Shown: piece by piece, positions 27,016-36,847 of the stretch | Layout of the letters: each line of letters opens with the position of its first letter | Numbering within the stretch: the stretch's first letter is position 1 | Notes under the pieces: generated by a model | What the model saw: the letters and a program-made list of their open reading frames with translations, nothing else | The model's database searches: none | What the model was told of the DNA's origin: nothing | Position numbers and translations under genes: made by a program | From: Candidatus Latescibacterota bacterium | Lineage (GTDB): Bacteria > Latescibacterota > UBA2968 > GCA-2709665 | Assembly (NCBI GenBank): GCA_965203805.1 | Contig: OZ241917.1 | Span: 896,001 to 960,000, forward strand | DNA length: 64,000 bases | Direction of reading: 5' to 3'

Positions 27016-28800
27016 TTACCGTCGGGCGCTTCCGATGTACTGGAGTTGATGAAGCCGGTGATAGATGCCCTTGCTCGCCAACAAGGCTTCATGTGTCCCG
27101 GATTCCCGGATCTCACCCCTGTGAAGGACCAGAATCCGATGGGCGCTACGGACAGTCGAAATGCGATGCGCGATGACGATGGACGTCCTCGACCGCATCA
27201 GTCTGCCCACCGCATCCTGAATCCAGGCCTCTGTCTCGGTGTCTACGCTGGAGGTGGCTTCATCCAGGACCAGAATGTCGGGGTCAAATGCGATCGCACG
27301 GGCAAAAGCCAACAACTGGCGCTGTCCTCCGGACAGGGTGCCTCCCCGTTCAGTGACGGTGTGTCCGTATCCCGACGGCAGCAGCCTGATAAACCGGTCC
27401 GCGTTCACGTCCCGAGCGGCCTGTTCGACCTGCTGCCGTGAAATCCCGGGGTTTCTCAATCGGATATTCGCATCGATGTCCCCCGAGAACAGGAACACGT
27501 CCTGCTGGACAACGCCTATGCGCCTCCTCAGAGCCTCTACATCCCACTCGGCTATATCGACGCCGTCAATTCGAATCCGCCCCCGCTGGATTTCGTAGAA
27601 TCTGCACAGCAGGTTTATGATGGTCGTTTTTCCTGAACCCGTCGCGCCGACGATGGCCAGCCGCTCGCCCGGTTTTACGATGAAAGAGACGTCTCTCAGG
27701 ACCCAGTCATCCTGGTTGTAGGCGAACCACACATTGATAAATTCGATCTCCCCTCTGATCTTCTTCGGCCCGTTCAGACCGCGGCCGGGCTCTGGCCGCG
27801 TGTCCAGGAGTTCGAATATCCGCTCCGAAGAAGCCATTGCGGCCTGGAGAATTGCGTACCTTTCGGCGACGTCCAGAATGGGCCAGAAGAATCTGGGGAT
27901 GTACTGCAGCATGGCGATCAGCGCGCCCCACTCGATCTGAGACCGGATTACGTCATTGCTGCCCTGCCAGATAACCAGCGCCGTGGCCGCAGACCCGAGC
28001 AGCTGCATAATCGGAAAGTAGAGCGAGTAATACAGCGTCGACTCCAGATTCGCGTTCAGGTACCGTCCGTTGACGCCGTCGAAGCGTTCGGCATGCCGGC
28101 TTTCACAGCCGAAGAGTTGCACCACCGACATTCCCGTGATGTTCTCCTGCAAATAAGCGTTCAGGCGGGCCAACCGGCTGCGCGCGAGGCGAAAAGCCCG
28201 CAACATGCGTCCCTGGAACCAGAATGTGACACCGAACATTACGGGCACCGTCGCGCAGACCCACAGCGCCAGTGAAGCGTCCATATAAAACATGTAGGCC
28301 ATAATCGCGATCAGCGTGAAGATGTCGCTGAACACGGCCACCACCCCATCCGTAAACAGTTCGTTGAGCGCGTCCACGTCGTTCGTATTGCGGGTCATCA
28401 GGCGACCGATCGGCGTTCGGTCGAAGAATTTTACGGGCAGCCGCTGAAGGTGAGCGAAGATGGCTTTTCGAATATCGTACATCACCCACTGGCCGACCAT
28501 CTGTGTTACCAGCCTCTGTGCCATATCGGCCAGGAACTGGAACACGAGCAGCCCGACGAACACGAGCACGATCCGGTTCAGGCCCGCGACGTCTCCGGGA
28601 AGAATATGGTCGTCCACGGCAATCTTGCTCAGATACGGACCGGCCTGCCTGGCTGCAGACGTCAGGAGAATCAGGACGAAGGCAACAGTCACCCAGCGCC
28701 TGTATGGCTTGAGGTAACCGAGAAGGCGCCACATCAGCCGGGAATCGAACGGCTTCTGCGCCACCTCTTCTTCGTGCGTATCGCGGGTTGCATCAGGCAT
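27016..28800 (-). CDS. ABC exporter, fused permease/ATPase (MdlB-like half)
   Basis: 6 TM plus GATGSGKTT, LSGGQRQ, LDEAT. Confidence 0.94.
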   Translation of the reverse strand: MPDATRDTHEEEVAQKPFDSRLMWRLLGYLKPYRRWVTVAFVLILLTSAARQAGPYLSKIAVDDHILPGDVAGLNRIVLVFVGLLVFQFLADMAQRLVTQMVGQWVMYDIRKAIFAHLQRLPVKFFDRTPIGRLMTRNTNDVDALNELFTDGVVAVFSDIFTLIAIMAYMFYMDASLALWVCATVPVMFGVTFWFQGRMLRAFRLARSRLARLNAYLQENITGMSVVQLFGCESRHAERFDGVNGRYLNANLESTLYYSLYFPIMQLLGSAATALVIWQGSNDVIRSQIEWGALIAMLQYIPRFFWPILDVAERYAILQAAMASSERIFELLDTRPEPGRGLNGPKKIRGEIEFINVWFAYNQDDWVLRDVSFIVKPGERLAIVGATGSGKTTIINLLCRFYEIQRGRIRIDGVDIAEWDVEALRRRIGVVQQDVFLFSGDIDANIRLRNPGISRQQVEQAARDVNADRFIRLLPSGYGHTVTERGGTLSGGQRQLLAFARAIAFDPDILVLDEATSSVDTETEAWIQDAVGRLMRSRTSIVIAHRISTVRSAHRILVLHRGEIRESGTHEALLASKGIYHRLHQLQYIGSARR

Positions 28801-28838
28801 ATGGGTTCACACAACCTGGGGCCTGGAACTCCCCCGGT

Positions 28839-30620
28839 TCAGATCTCCTCGAGTTCGCGCGTCAGTTTCTGACGCCGGTGCATCGCGGCATAGATGCCGC
28901 CCCGGCCGATCAATTCGGTGTGCGTACCCCGTTCCGCGATCGCGCCTTCATCCAGCACCAAAATCTGATCCGCGTCCTGCACGGTTGAAATCCGGTGTGC
29001 GATGATGATGGTGGTTCTGGACGCCATGACTTCGCGAAGTCGACTCAATATCCGCTCTTCGGTCTGCGTATCGACGCTGGCGAGCGCATCATCCAGGATC
29101 AGAATTTCCGGTCGACGGATCACCGCCCGGGCCAACGCCGTACGCTGCTTCTGACCGCCGGACAACGTCACGCCGCGCTCTCCGATTACCGTTTCGATTC
29201 CCTGCGGGAAATTCGCCAGATCGCTCGTAAGCCCGGCAACGTCGCACGCCCACCGTATGTCGGCCTCGACGGCCCCGTCGCTCCCCAGGCAGATGTTCTC
29301 CCGAAGCGAGTCCGAGAAGAGGAACGTGTCCTGCGGCACGAATCCGATGGACGCCCGGAGCGCCGCAAGGGGGATTTGATCCACGGGGACGCCGTCGATC
29401 AGCACCGCGCCGTCCGTCGGCAGGATCAGGCGCGGAATCAGGCGGGCCAGGGTGGTCTTTCCGGAGCCCACGCGTCCGACCACGGCCAGCGTCCTGCCCC
29501 TTGGAATATGCAGATTGATATCTCTCAGTACGGACGCACCATTGTACGCAAAGGCCAGATTCCGGAATTCGATCTCACCGCCGGGCGCTCCCACAGCTCT
29601 CACGCGCGCCGAATCCTCGATCTCGGGTTCTGTCTTGAGGACTTCTTCAATCCGCTTCATGGATGCCAGTCCCCGCTGGTACCGATCGATCATCCATCCC
29701 AGGGTAATCATCGGGAAAATCAGCTTGGTCAGATAGGCGTTGAATGCCACGAAATCCCCCAGCGTCAGCCGGCCCTCAATCACATGAGTGCCGCCGATCC
29801 AGAGAATGACCGCCAGCGACGCTCCGCTGATGAGAAAGGTCAACGGAAAAAGAAGGCTCTGAATACGAATCAGTCTGCCGTTCTTGACCAGATAGTCCCG
29901 GCTCAATTCGTCAAATGCATCCATCTCAGCCCCACGCTGAGCGAATGCCTTCACCACCCGGATGCCGGACAGGTTCTCCTGAACGCGGGCGCTGATTCGC
30001 GAGAACTGTTCCTGCACGGACCGGAACCCGTGGTGAACCCGGCCCGCCAGGCGGTTCATGACCAACGCCATCACTGGCATCGGGACGACTGCAAGCAGTG
30101 CGAGTCTCCAGTCGATCCAGCACATGACCAGCATACTCAGGGTCAGTCCAAGCACGGCGCCAAACAACATGCGCACGCCGAATCCAAGAAACATCCGGAC
30201 GGCGTTCACGTCGTTCGTGGCCCGGGAAATCAGGTCTCCCGTGGGCGTCTGATTGAAATAGCTCAGTGACTGCCGCAACAGCACCCTGAAATAATCCCGT
30301 CTGATATCACGCTCGACGAGGCGCGATACACTGTTCAGGCACCAGCGCATGCCCATTTCCAGCCCCATCTGCACGAGCGCAAGAACGACGATCAGCATGG
30401 CCCAGAAGATAACCTGCTCGCCGACACCGGCGCCCGAGAGGTCGCCGCCGGGAGGCGCGCCGTCCAACCGTTCCTTGACCAGATCGACCGCCTCTTTCAA
30501 CGCGAGCGGGATCGCGCTCGACGAAAGTTGCGCGATCGACAACAGCAGCAGCCCCAGGAGGATCCGGTTCCTGTAGGGTCTCAGGTACTTCCGGAAGGGT
30601 CCGAAGGGATTAAGCGTCAT
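28839..30620 (-). CDS. ABC exporter, fused permease/ATPase (MdlA-like degenerate half)
   Basis: GRVGSGKTT, LSGGQKQR, non-canonical LDDALASVD Walker B as in heterodimeric exporters. Confidence 0.94.
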   Translation of the reverse strand: MTLNPFGPFRKYLRPYRNRILLGLLLLSIAQLSSSAIPLALKEAVDLVKERLDGAPPGGDLSGAGVGEQVIFWAMLIVVLALVQMGLEMGMRWCLNSVSRLVERDIRRDYFRVLLRQSLSYFNQTPTGDLISRATNDVNAVRMFLGFGVRMLFGAVLGLTLSMLVMCWIDWRLALLAVVPMPVMALVMNRLAGRVHHGFRSVQEQFSRISARVQENLSGIRVVKAFAQRGAEMDAFDELSRDYLVKNGRLIRIQSLLFPLTFLISGASLAVILWIGGTHVIEGRLTLGDFVAFNAYLTKLIFPMITLGWMIDRYQRGLASMKRIEEVLKTEPEIEDSARVRAVGAPGGEIEFRNLAFAYNGASVLRDINLHIPRGRTLAVVGRVGSGKTTLARLIPRLILPTDGAVLIDGVPVDQIPLAALRASIGFVPQDTFLFSDSLRENICLGSDGAVEADIRWACDVAGLTSDLANFPQGIETVIGERGVTLSGGQKQRTALARAVIRRPEILILDDALASVDTQTEERILSRLREVMASRTTIIIAHRISTVQDADQILVLDEGAIAERGTHTELIGRGGIYAAMHRRQKLTRELEEI

Positions 30621-30660
30621 TCAGGTGTCCTGTCACAAGAATTTCTCACGATTCAGCCGT

Positions 30661-30978
30661 CTATACGTCGGCGTGCCACCGGTACACGTCCAGATCCACT
30701 TTTCCGTTCACAAAGGCCACGCCTTCGTCCTCAAGGAGCCTTTCCTGGACCAGATGCGCCTTCCTGGCGCCCGTGCGGACCGACACGGCGCCCCGTGCGT
30801 TAATCACCCGGTGCCAAGGGCATCTCGTGCCTGCCGGCAATGCCTTCAGCGCCTGCCCCACCTGCCTGGGTCCCACGCCCGCAATATCCGCAATCTGGCC
30901 GTAGGTGGCCACCGTCCCCGTGGGAATCCTGGCGACCACGCGATAAATCTTCCGAAACGTGCGCTCGAATTCCGGCAT
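30661..30978 (-). CDS. MGMT-family alkyltransferase-like protein (ATL/YbaZ)
   Basis: IPTGTVATYGQIA, RQVG, PWHRVIN (Trp in place of the catalytic Cys). Confidence 0.9.
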   Translation of the reverse strand: MPEFERTFRKIYRVVARIPTGTVATYGQIADIAGVGPRQVGQALKALPAGTRCPWHRVINARGAVSVRTGARKAHLVQERLLEDEGVAFVNGKVDLDVYRWHADV

Positions 30979-31024
30979 TTGGTCCACGATCCTTCCAGAA
31001 ATGATGGAACACGCAGGATCCGGC

Positions 31025-32083
31025 CTACGGGCGCCGCCCACGGTCTTCCAGCAGCCAATCTTCCAGATATCGGGAGGGGTCCGGCTGTGACTCGCATTCC
31101 TTGAGGAGCCGGACCGCGGCATTGAGATCCTGTCCCAGCGCCCGGTACACGCGATCGAAGACGTCTACTTTCTCGTGGTATGTCCGATAGGCCATCATCA
31201 CGGCGTTGTTCAATCGCCGCTGGGGAAAACGGGAATAGGCGCCGGTCTTCAGATCCAGCCGGTAGAAACGGTTTTTCGCGCGCTCGAATATGACCTCTCT
31301 CTCCTTCAGTTTCTCCTCATAAGTGCGTTCCGTGGCGTAGAGCGCCTGCAGTTCTTCCGCGACGTCGTGCATGAATCGATTGAACGTTCGTTGGTCGGAC
31401 TTCCTGGCCCGCATGCTCCTCACGGCCGCGGCGTCCCGCCCGTGACGCTCCCGCATGAACTGCAACGCGCCGACCTCCCCCACAAAGGTTGCCAGATTCT
31501 CATTAAAGGAGACCCTGTCCGGGATCCACACCGTCGCGTGGGCCAGTTCGTGGATGATGAGTTCGGCCAGGTCGCCGTCACGATATCGCAGCATCGTACT
31601 CAGGATCGGATCTTCAAACCAGCCCAGTGTACTGTAGGCGCCGACCGGCCGCAGCAATGTATCGAAGCCTCGCGCTTCCAGTCCGTCCCGATCCCTTTTC
31701 GCACGGTCCAGATCAAAATAACCCCGGTAGGGAAATCGTCCCACTACCGGGTACGTCCACTGAACGGGCTCAAGCCGGTCCCTGGCCGCCGCGGTCAGTT
31801 GCCACGAAACCGGACCCTTGCCGATATCGATGTAGCTGAGATAATTTCGGGACCGGGCCAGCCCGATCCGTCTTTCCGCGAAGCGCCGCACCTCCTGGAT
31901 GAATTCGAGCCGGTCCCGGACTTCCCGATCCAGATCCCGGCTCGCCAGCATCTTTGAGATCGGCTGCCGGTTCCAGAGCATTTCCGCCTGGCCGCGAACA
32001 AGGTGCCAATAGTACCCGAGTTCCAGGTTCAAGCCGCAAATCAGGGGCAGGAGAACGATGTGGGCCGAACGAGACCGGCTCAT
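31025..32083 (-). CDS. Predicted secreted Zn aminopeptidase
   Basis: PYRGYF, AYSTLGWFEDP, HELAH...FNE motifs. Confidence 0.85.
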   Translation of the reverse strand: MSRSRSAHIVLLPLICGLNLELGYYWHLVRGQAEMLWNRQPISKMLASRDLDREVRDRLEFIQEVRRFAERRIGLARSRNYLSYIDIGKGPVSWQLTAAARDRLEPVQWTYPVVGRFPYRGYFDLDRAKRDRDGLEARGFDTLLRPVGAYSTLGWFEDPILSTMLRYRDGDLAELIIHELAHATVWIPDRVSFNENLATFVGEVGALQFMRERHGRDAAAVRSMRARKSDQRTFNRFMHDVAEELQALYATERTYEEKLKEREVIFERAKNRFYRLDLKTGAYSRFPQRRLNNAVMMAYRTYHEKVDVFDRVYRALGQDLNAAVRLLKECESQPDPSRYLEDWLLEDRGRRP

Positions 32084-32673
32084 CTCGACCGTTCCGCATC
32101 CATGAAATAGTAACAGATGATGTGCTGCAGCATCATGTGCATGTCCTCAACCCTCCCCATGTGGTCGGACTCCACGACAATGCACTTTCGCGCCTCGTCT
32201 TTCAACTTTCCGCCGCCGAACCCGGCGAGGCCGACCGTATGACAGCCCAGGCGATTCGCAAAACGCACGGCACGGAGTACGTTTTCCGAGTTCCCGCTCC
32301 CGCTGATGGCCAGCAATACGTCCCCCGGTTCCGCGAAGTTTTTCATCTGCTCCACAAACACGTCTTCGTAACTCAGGTCGTTGCTCAACGCCGTCATCCA
32401 CTCCACGTTGTCCGTCAGTGGAATCACCTTGAAGCGGGGCTCCCGGCCGACCGATGCCCCCTTTCCCAGATCGTTCACGAAGTGGGAGGCGGTACTCGCG
32501 CTACCACCGTTTCCTATGGCAAATATCCGCTTCCCCGAGTCCCTGGCGTCACGGATAAGCGTAACGACCGACGCGATGTGCCGGGGGTTCAATGATGCCA
32601 GCAGCCGTTCGTTCTGCCGGATATAACTCGCTGCAAAGGTTTCAATGGATTCCATGAGATTCCCCGAATTCAT
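32080..32673 (-). CDS. SIS-domain phosphosugar isomerase (GmhA-like)
   Basis: GNGGSASTASH, TALSND, AISGSGNSENV, ED.H motifs. Confidence 0.9.
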   Translation of the reverse strand: MNSGNLMESIETFAASYIRQNERLLASLNPRHIASVVTLIRDARDSGKRIFAIGNGGSASTASHFVNDLGKGASVGREPRFKVIPLTDNVEWMTALSNDLSYEDVFVEQMKNFAEPGDVLLAISGSGNSENVLRAVRFANRLGCHTVGLAGFGGGKLKDEARKCIVVESDHMGRVEDMHMMLQHIICYYFMDAERSR

Positions 32674-32737
32674 AGCTCGCTCTCACGCTCTCCGCTGTAA
32701 AGTTCCTTTCGCAAGGCCTTCCGGTCAGTCGCGTGCG

Positions 32738-33592
32738 TCATAGTCCCGCCGCCCGCCACGCTTCGTCCAGTCCGCGATGGGTGACGGTAACCGCTTCCAC
32801 CGCCGCCAATTCCCTTACCTTCCGACTGAAGGGTTCGGGGGTTACGGGTCCGGCGTACCCGATCTCTTTCAACGCTTTCAGGAAACCTGACAGGTCGATC
32901 ACGCCGGTCTCGGACGGGAGCGCGCGAACGTGATCGACCTGATCCTCGACGGACACGCCGGCAGGCGCGTCGTTCACGTGTACGTGGATGACGTCGGGAG
33001 GCGTGAGTCCCCTGAGATCGGCAAGCGTCCCCAGCGACGTGTGCCAGTGCCAGGAATCCAACAGCAATCCGGCGTTTCCTGTTCCCAGGGCCTCGCAGAA
33101 TCCCAGCATCCCGCCGATCGAATGGATGAATCCGTATGTGTTGCCGGCACGCTGGGTTCTCGGTCCGATGAACTCCAGACCGAGGCTGCACCCGTGATCC
33201 TTCAACACTTCACATACCGGCCGCATACGACCCAGGCACCACCTGAACTGCTCACGAAAGGGACGCTCGTCGGAAGCAGGCGCAATCCACTGCGAGACCC
33301 GGAACGCGCCCACCGCCGCCCCGGCGGCGGCCAACCCGGGCAATGCGCGCAGGTCCCGCCCATAGTCCTCCCGGGGACCGTTCCAGGCCACGGGCAATCC
33401 CCACGCGCCGATCTTCATGCCAGCCTCGGAAAACAACCCGGTGACGTGGTCCGATCCCTTGTCGCTCACGAGCCGCGCCACCTCACGGATGTTGACGTCG
33501 AGGCCCTGAAAACCCCCGGACCTTGCGTACGACAGTCCTTCCGCCAGTGTCGCCTTTACCCCGATGGCGCCGGGCGACAGGCACTTGAACAT
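32738..33592 (-). CDS. Sugar phosphate isomerase/epimerase (TIM barrel, AP endonuclease 2 family)
   Basis: LGLEF, LDSWH, HVHVND, RALP, TPEPF. Confidence 0.88.
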   Translation of the reverse strand: MFKCLSPGAIGVKATLAEGLSYARSGGFQGLDVNIREVARLVSDKGSDHVTGLFSEAGMKIGAWGLPVAWNGPREDYGRDLRALPGLAAAGAAVGAFRVSQWIAPASDERPFREQFRWCLGRMRPVCEVLKDHGCSLGLEFIGPRTQRAGNTYGFIHSIGGMLGFCEALGTGNAGLLLDSWHWHTSLGTLADLRGLTPPDVIHVHVNDAPAGVSVEDQVDHVRALPSETGVIDLSGFLKALKEIGYAGPVTPEPFSRKVRELAAVEAVTVTHRGLDEAWRAAGL

Positions 33593-33680
33593 GAGCCACC
33601 TCCTGTGATTCGTATCGATGGGGGCGTGCGGGTTGCGGCGGGAAGCGCCGGCAATTGGCTCGATAATCCGAAAACTGCGG

Positions 33681-34778
33681 TCAAAACAGCGCCACGCCAT
33701 GCACCTTCAACGATTCAGGGTTCAATTCCACCCCGAGCCCGGGGCGCCGGCCGACGCGAATGCGGCCGCCGACGATTTCTTCCGGCTGGAGGGTCAACTC
33801 GTTTCGCCAGGGGATCTCGCCCCAGCCGTATTCCAGAATCAGGAACCCGGGGTGCGTCGCCATAACCTGCATGCCGGCGCTTACGGCAACCGGTCCGAAC
33901 GGCCCGTGCGGCGCCGTGGGTACGCCGAATGCCGCCGCCATCTCCGCAATCGCTTTCAGTTCTGCGATTCCTCCCACAACCGTCACGTCCGGCATGACCA
34001 CGTCCATTGCCGTGTTTTCCAGGGCCTCCCTGAACCCGCCGCGCGACATTCGACCTTCGCCGCCGGCAGTGCGCAATCCGCAACGGCTGTTCACCTCGAC
34101 GACGGCATTCATGTTGTCTTCTGAAACGGGTTGCTCGTACCAGAAAAGATCCAGTTCATACAGTGCTTCGGCCGTCTCCAGGGCGCCTTTGACCGTGAAA
34201 TGGCCGTGGCAGTCGACCAGCAGATCCACGTCGGGGCCGACCGCCTGGCGCACGGCACGTACGCGGGCAATGCCCGGCCGGGCCTCCGCGGCGGAGTCAA
34301 TATTTCGAGGCATCCCGTCGAACGGCGCCAACTTGACCGCATCGAAACCCTCGGCGACTGCTCCGGCGGCGAGCGATGCAAACCTACCCGGGCTTCGATC
34401 TGTCGATGCCCTGTTGATGTTGGCATACAAACGGACTTCCTCGCGGACCGGACCTCCCAGCAATGTGGAAACCGGTACGTCGAGTGCCTTACCCAGAAGG
34501 TCCCACAGCGCTTGCTCCAATGCACTGACGGCACTGACCGTATCTCTGTTGTGGGCATCTCGTGTGAATGTATCGGAGAATTCCCGGATTCGCCGGGGGT
34601 CCCGACCCCGCAGCCACCCGGCCAGCTCCTTCACGGCCCGTACCCGGCCGGCGTAATTCCTGCCGGCGCGCAATTCTCCGAGGCCCCGCAGGCCCGCGTC
34701 AGTATTGACGTATACAAACACCCAGTCGCCCAGATGATTCACCCTGACGGCGACCAGATCGATCCCCGTAACCTTCAT
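33681..34778 (-). CDS. Mandelate racemase/enolase-superfamily acid-sugar dehydratase (DgoD-like)
   Basis: AVKLAPF, VDCHG, WYEQP, AGGE, MPD, APH, ILEY motifs. Confidence 0.88.
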   Translation of the reverse strand: MKVTGIDLVAVRVNHLGDWVFVYVNTDAGLRGLGELRAGRNYAGRVRAVKELAGWLRGRDPRRIREFSDTFTRDAHNRDTVSAVSALEQALWDLLGKALDVPVSTLLGGPVREEVRLYANINRASTDRSPGRFASLAAGAVAEGFDAVKLAPFDGMPRNIDSAAEARPGIARVRAVRQAVGPDVDLLVDCHGHFTVKGALETAEALYELDLFWYEQPVSEDNMNAVVEVNSRCGLRTAGGEGRMSRGGFREALENTAMDVVMPDVTVVGGIAELKAIAEMAAAFGVPTAPHGPFGPVAVSAGMQVMATHPGFLILEYGWGEIPWRNELTLQPEEIVGGRIRVGRRPGLGVELNPESLKVHGVALF

Positions 34779-34787
34779 CTGAAAGGC

Positions 34788-35855
34788 CTATGCTCCGTAG
34801 ACTTCCGCAACGCGCGATGCGGTCCCGCGCCAGTCCAGTGATTTTGCACGCGTAAACGCGGCGTGTCCCGCCTCTTCGAGGTCGCGCCCTCTGATGTCGA
34901 GCAACGCCTTTGTCAAAGCCGTGCTATCATTCGGATCGTACAATATGCCCATCGATTCGTCGACCAGTTCCGGCAGGCATCCCATCGCCGGCACGATTAC
35001 AGGTTTTCCGAAAGAGAGTGCCGCGATTGCGGACCCGGACGTCAGCACCTGTGAAAACGGCAGCACGACAACGTCCGCGGCATTCAGATAGATCTGGAAA
35101 TCTTCATTCGGAAAGAAACTGTGCGTGTAAACGAGAATACGTTCGTCCTCTTCCGCCAGAGAGACGATCCGGTCGGCGTAACTTCCATCGAAGGCCCTCC
35201 GCGTCATGATTGCGAGCCGCGTGTCGGCCGCCGCGCATTCGCGATAGACCTCGATCAGCTCTTCAATGCCCTTGTATGCCCTCGCGTTTCCGAAATAGAG
35301 ATAGACAAACGCGTCCGCCGGGAGACGCAACCGGCGCCGGGCCGCCTCCCGCGAAATTTCATTTGGAAAGATGTCGATGTAATGGCCGTGCGGGATGACG
35401 TGGAGTTGGCCGGTACGGTAGAAGAGCCGGCGCGCAAGACCGGCGCCGTAGCGGCAGTGCGCAATCATCCTGTCGGCCGCCCGCGCCACGATCAGCCGTG
35501 CCAGGTGATCCAGGTCCGGAAACGGGCGTTCGTGAGGATACCGGTTGTGCAACGTCCACACGATCCGGTACCCCAGTTCGCTGGCATAGTGGAGATTGTC
35601 CGCAAAACGAGTGAGCCGGGAAACGGATTGCTCCAGGGTGTCATCCCTGTAGAACCAGTGAAGCCAGTTCAGATGCAATACGGAGAAATCGCTTCTTGCG
35701 TCTTTCAGCCAATCCCGCCGAAACGCGTAGTCCCCCAGTTCAAGGTGGATGTCCAGCTTGGCAAGTTCGTGAGCAAGCAGGGGCCCGTAGGGATTGCATC
35801 TGTCCTGAAGTGCCAGACCCCCGGCTGCGGCTTCCCAGAAAAAGAAAGCCCGCAT
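34788..35855 (-). CDS. Glycosyltransferase family 4 (GT-B)
   Basis: WTLHN, VIPHG, FGNARAYKG, ADVVVLPF...SGS, LSFGKPVI. Confidence 0.88.
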   Translation of the reverse strand: MRAFFFWEAAAGGLALQDRCNPYGPLLAHELAKLDIHLELGDYAFRRDWLKDARSDFSVLHLNWLHWFYRDDTLEQSVSRLTRFADNLHYASELGYRIVWTLHNRYPHERPFPDLDHLARLIVARAADRMIAHCRYGAGLARRLFYRTGQLHVIPHGHYIDIFPNEISREAARRRLRLPADAFVYLYFGNARAYKGIEELIEVYRECAAADTRLAIMTRRAFDGSYADRIVSLAEEDERILVYTHSFFPNEDFQIYLNAADVVVLPFSQVLTSGSAIAALSFGKPVIVPAMGCLPELVDESMGILYDPNDSTALTKALLDIRGRDLEEAGHAAFTRAKSLDWRGTASRVAEVYGA

Positions 35856-35858
35856 CGT

Positions 35859-36803
35859 TCAATATCCCTTACTCTTGTCGATAATGCTCAGGAGCGGCCG
35901 CCCGGCGACTAACCGTTTCAGGTTTTCGCAAAAAAGGTTCACGATACGGTCCTGCCGGTTGGGCGACCCGCCCGCGGTATGCGGGGTGATCAGCACGTTA
36001 TCCAGTTGCCAGAGCGGGTGCTCCGGCGGGAGCGGCTCGACGGGCGTAACATCCAGCCCGGCCCCGGCAATCTGTTTGCACATCAGCGCGGCGACCAGCG
36101 CGGCTTCGTCCATGATTCCCCCTCGCGTCACATTGATCAGGAGCGCACTGGATTTCATGGAGCGAAAGGCGCGTTCGTCGAACAGACCGCGCGTATCCGG
36201 CGTCAGGGGCGCGCAGACGGCCACGACGTCGGACACTGTCAGCAAGCGGTGAAACCGATCCATCTTCCAGCAGGCCGCCACGCATGCGGGCACATCGACG
36301 TTTTCCGGGTCCACCGCCACCACGCGCATGCCGAATGCGTTTGCTCTGACCGCAAGTTCGCGACCCGTACCCCCCAGGCCCACGATCCCCATGGTCAGGT
36401 CGACCAGTTCCCAACTCGCGTTCCGTATCGGCATCCGCTGGTCCCATCCGGGCCTTCGGACGGCCCACGCGATACCCCGCGTGAGCCCCAGCAACAGCGC
36501 CATGGCGTGTTCGGCCAGATGCACGCCGACCGTACCCCGACCGCTTGTCAGAACAACATTGCTGTCCACGAACGCCTTGAACAACTGCCCGTCGACGCCG
36601 GCGCCCCACGTCTGCACCCACCGCAATCGCTCTCCGCGCCGGAACATCTCCGGACTCAGACCGCCAAAGACCACTTCCACCTGCGGCATGACCTCGAGCG
36701 TTTCGGCTTCGGATTCCGGCATGAACAGTTCCGCGCCGTCTACCGAGGACGTGATCTGTTTCCTGTGGCGGTCCGCCAAATCCACGCGCAGCAGTATTTT
36801 CAT
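35859..36803 (-). CDS. D-2-hydroxyacid dehydrogenase family protein
   Basis: GAGVD, GIVGLGGTG, PLTPDT, INVTRG, GLDV..EP, ITPH. Confidence 0.92.
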   Translation of the reverse strand: MKILLRVDLADRHRKQITSSVDGAELFMPESEAETLEVMPQVEVVFGGLSPEMFRRGERLRWVQTWGAGVDGQLFKAFVDSNVVLTSGRGTVGVHLAEHAMALLLGLTRGIAWAVRRPGWDQRMPIRNASWELVDLTMGIVGLGGTGRELAVRANAFGMRVVAVDPENVDVPACVAACWKMDRFHRLLTVSDVVAVCAPLTPDTRGLFDERAFRSMKSSALLINVTRGGIMDEAALVAALMCKQIAGAGLDVTPVEPLPPEHPLWQLDNVLITPHTAGGSPNRQDRIVNLFCENLKRLVAGRPLLSIIDKSKGY

Positions 36804-36847
36804 GACATTGTCTCCGGTCCGCAACGTGAGACCGTCCGCCGGGCCGT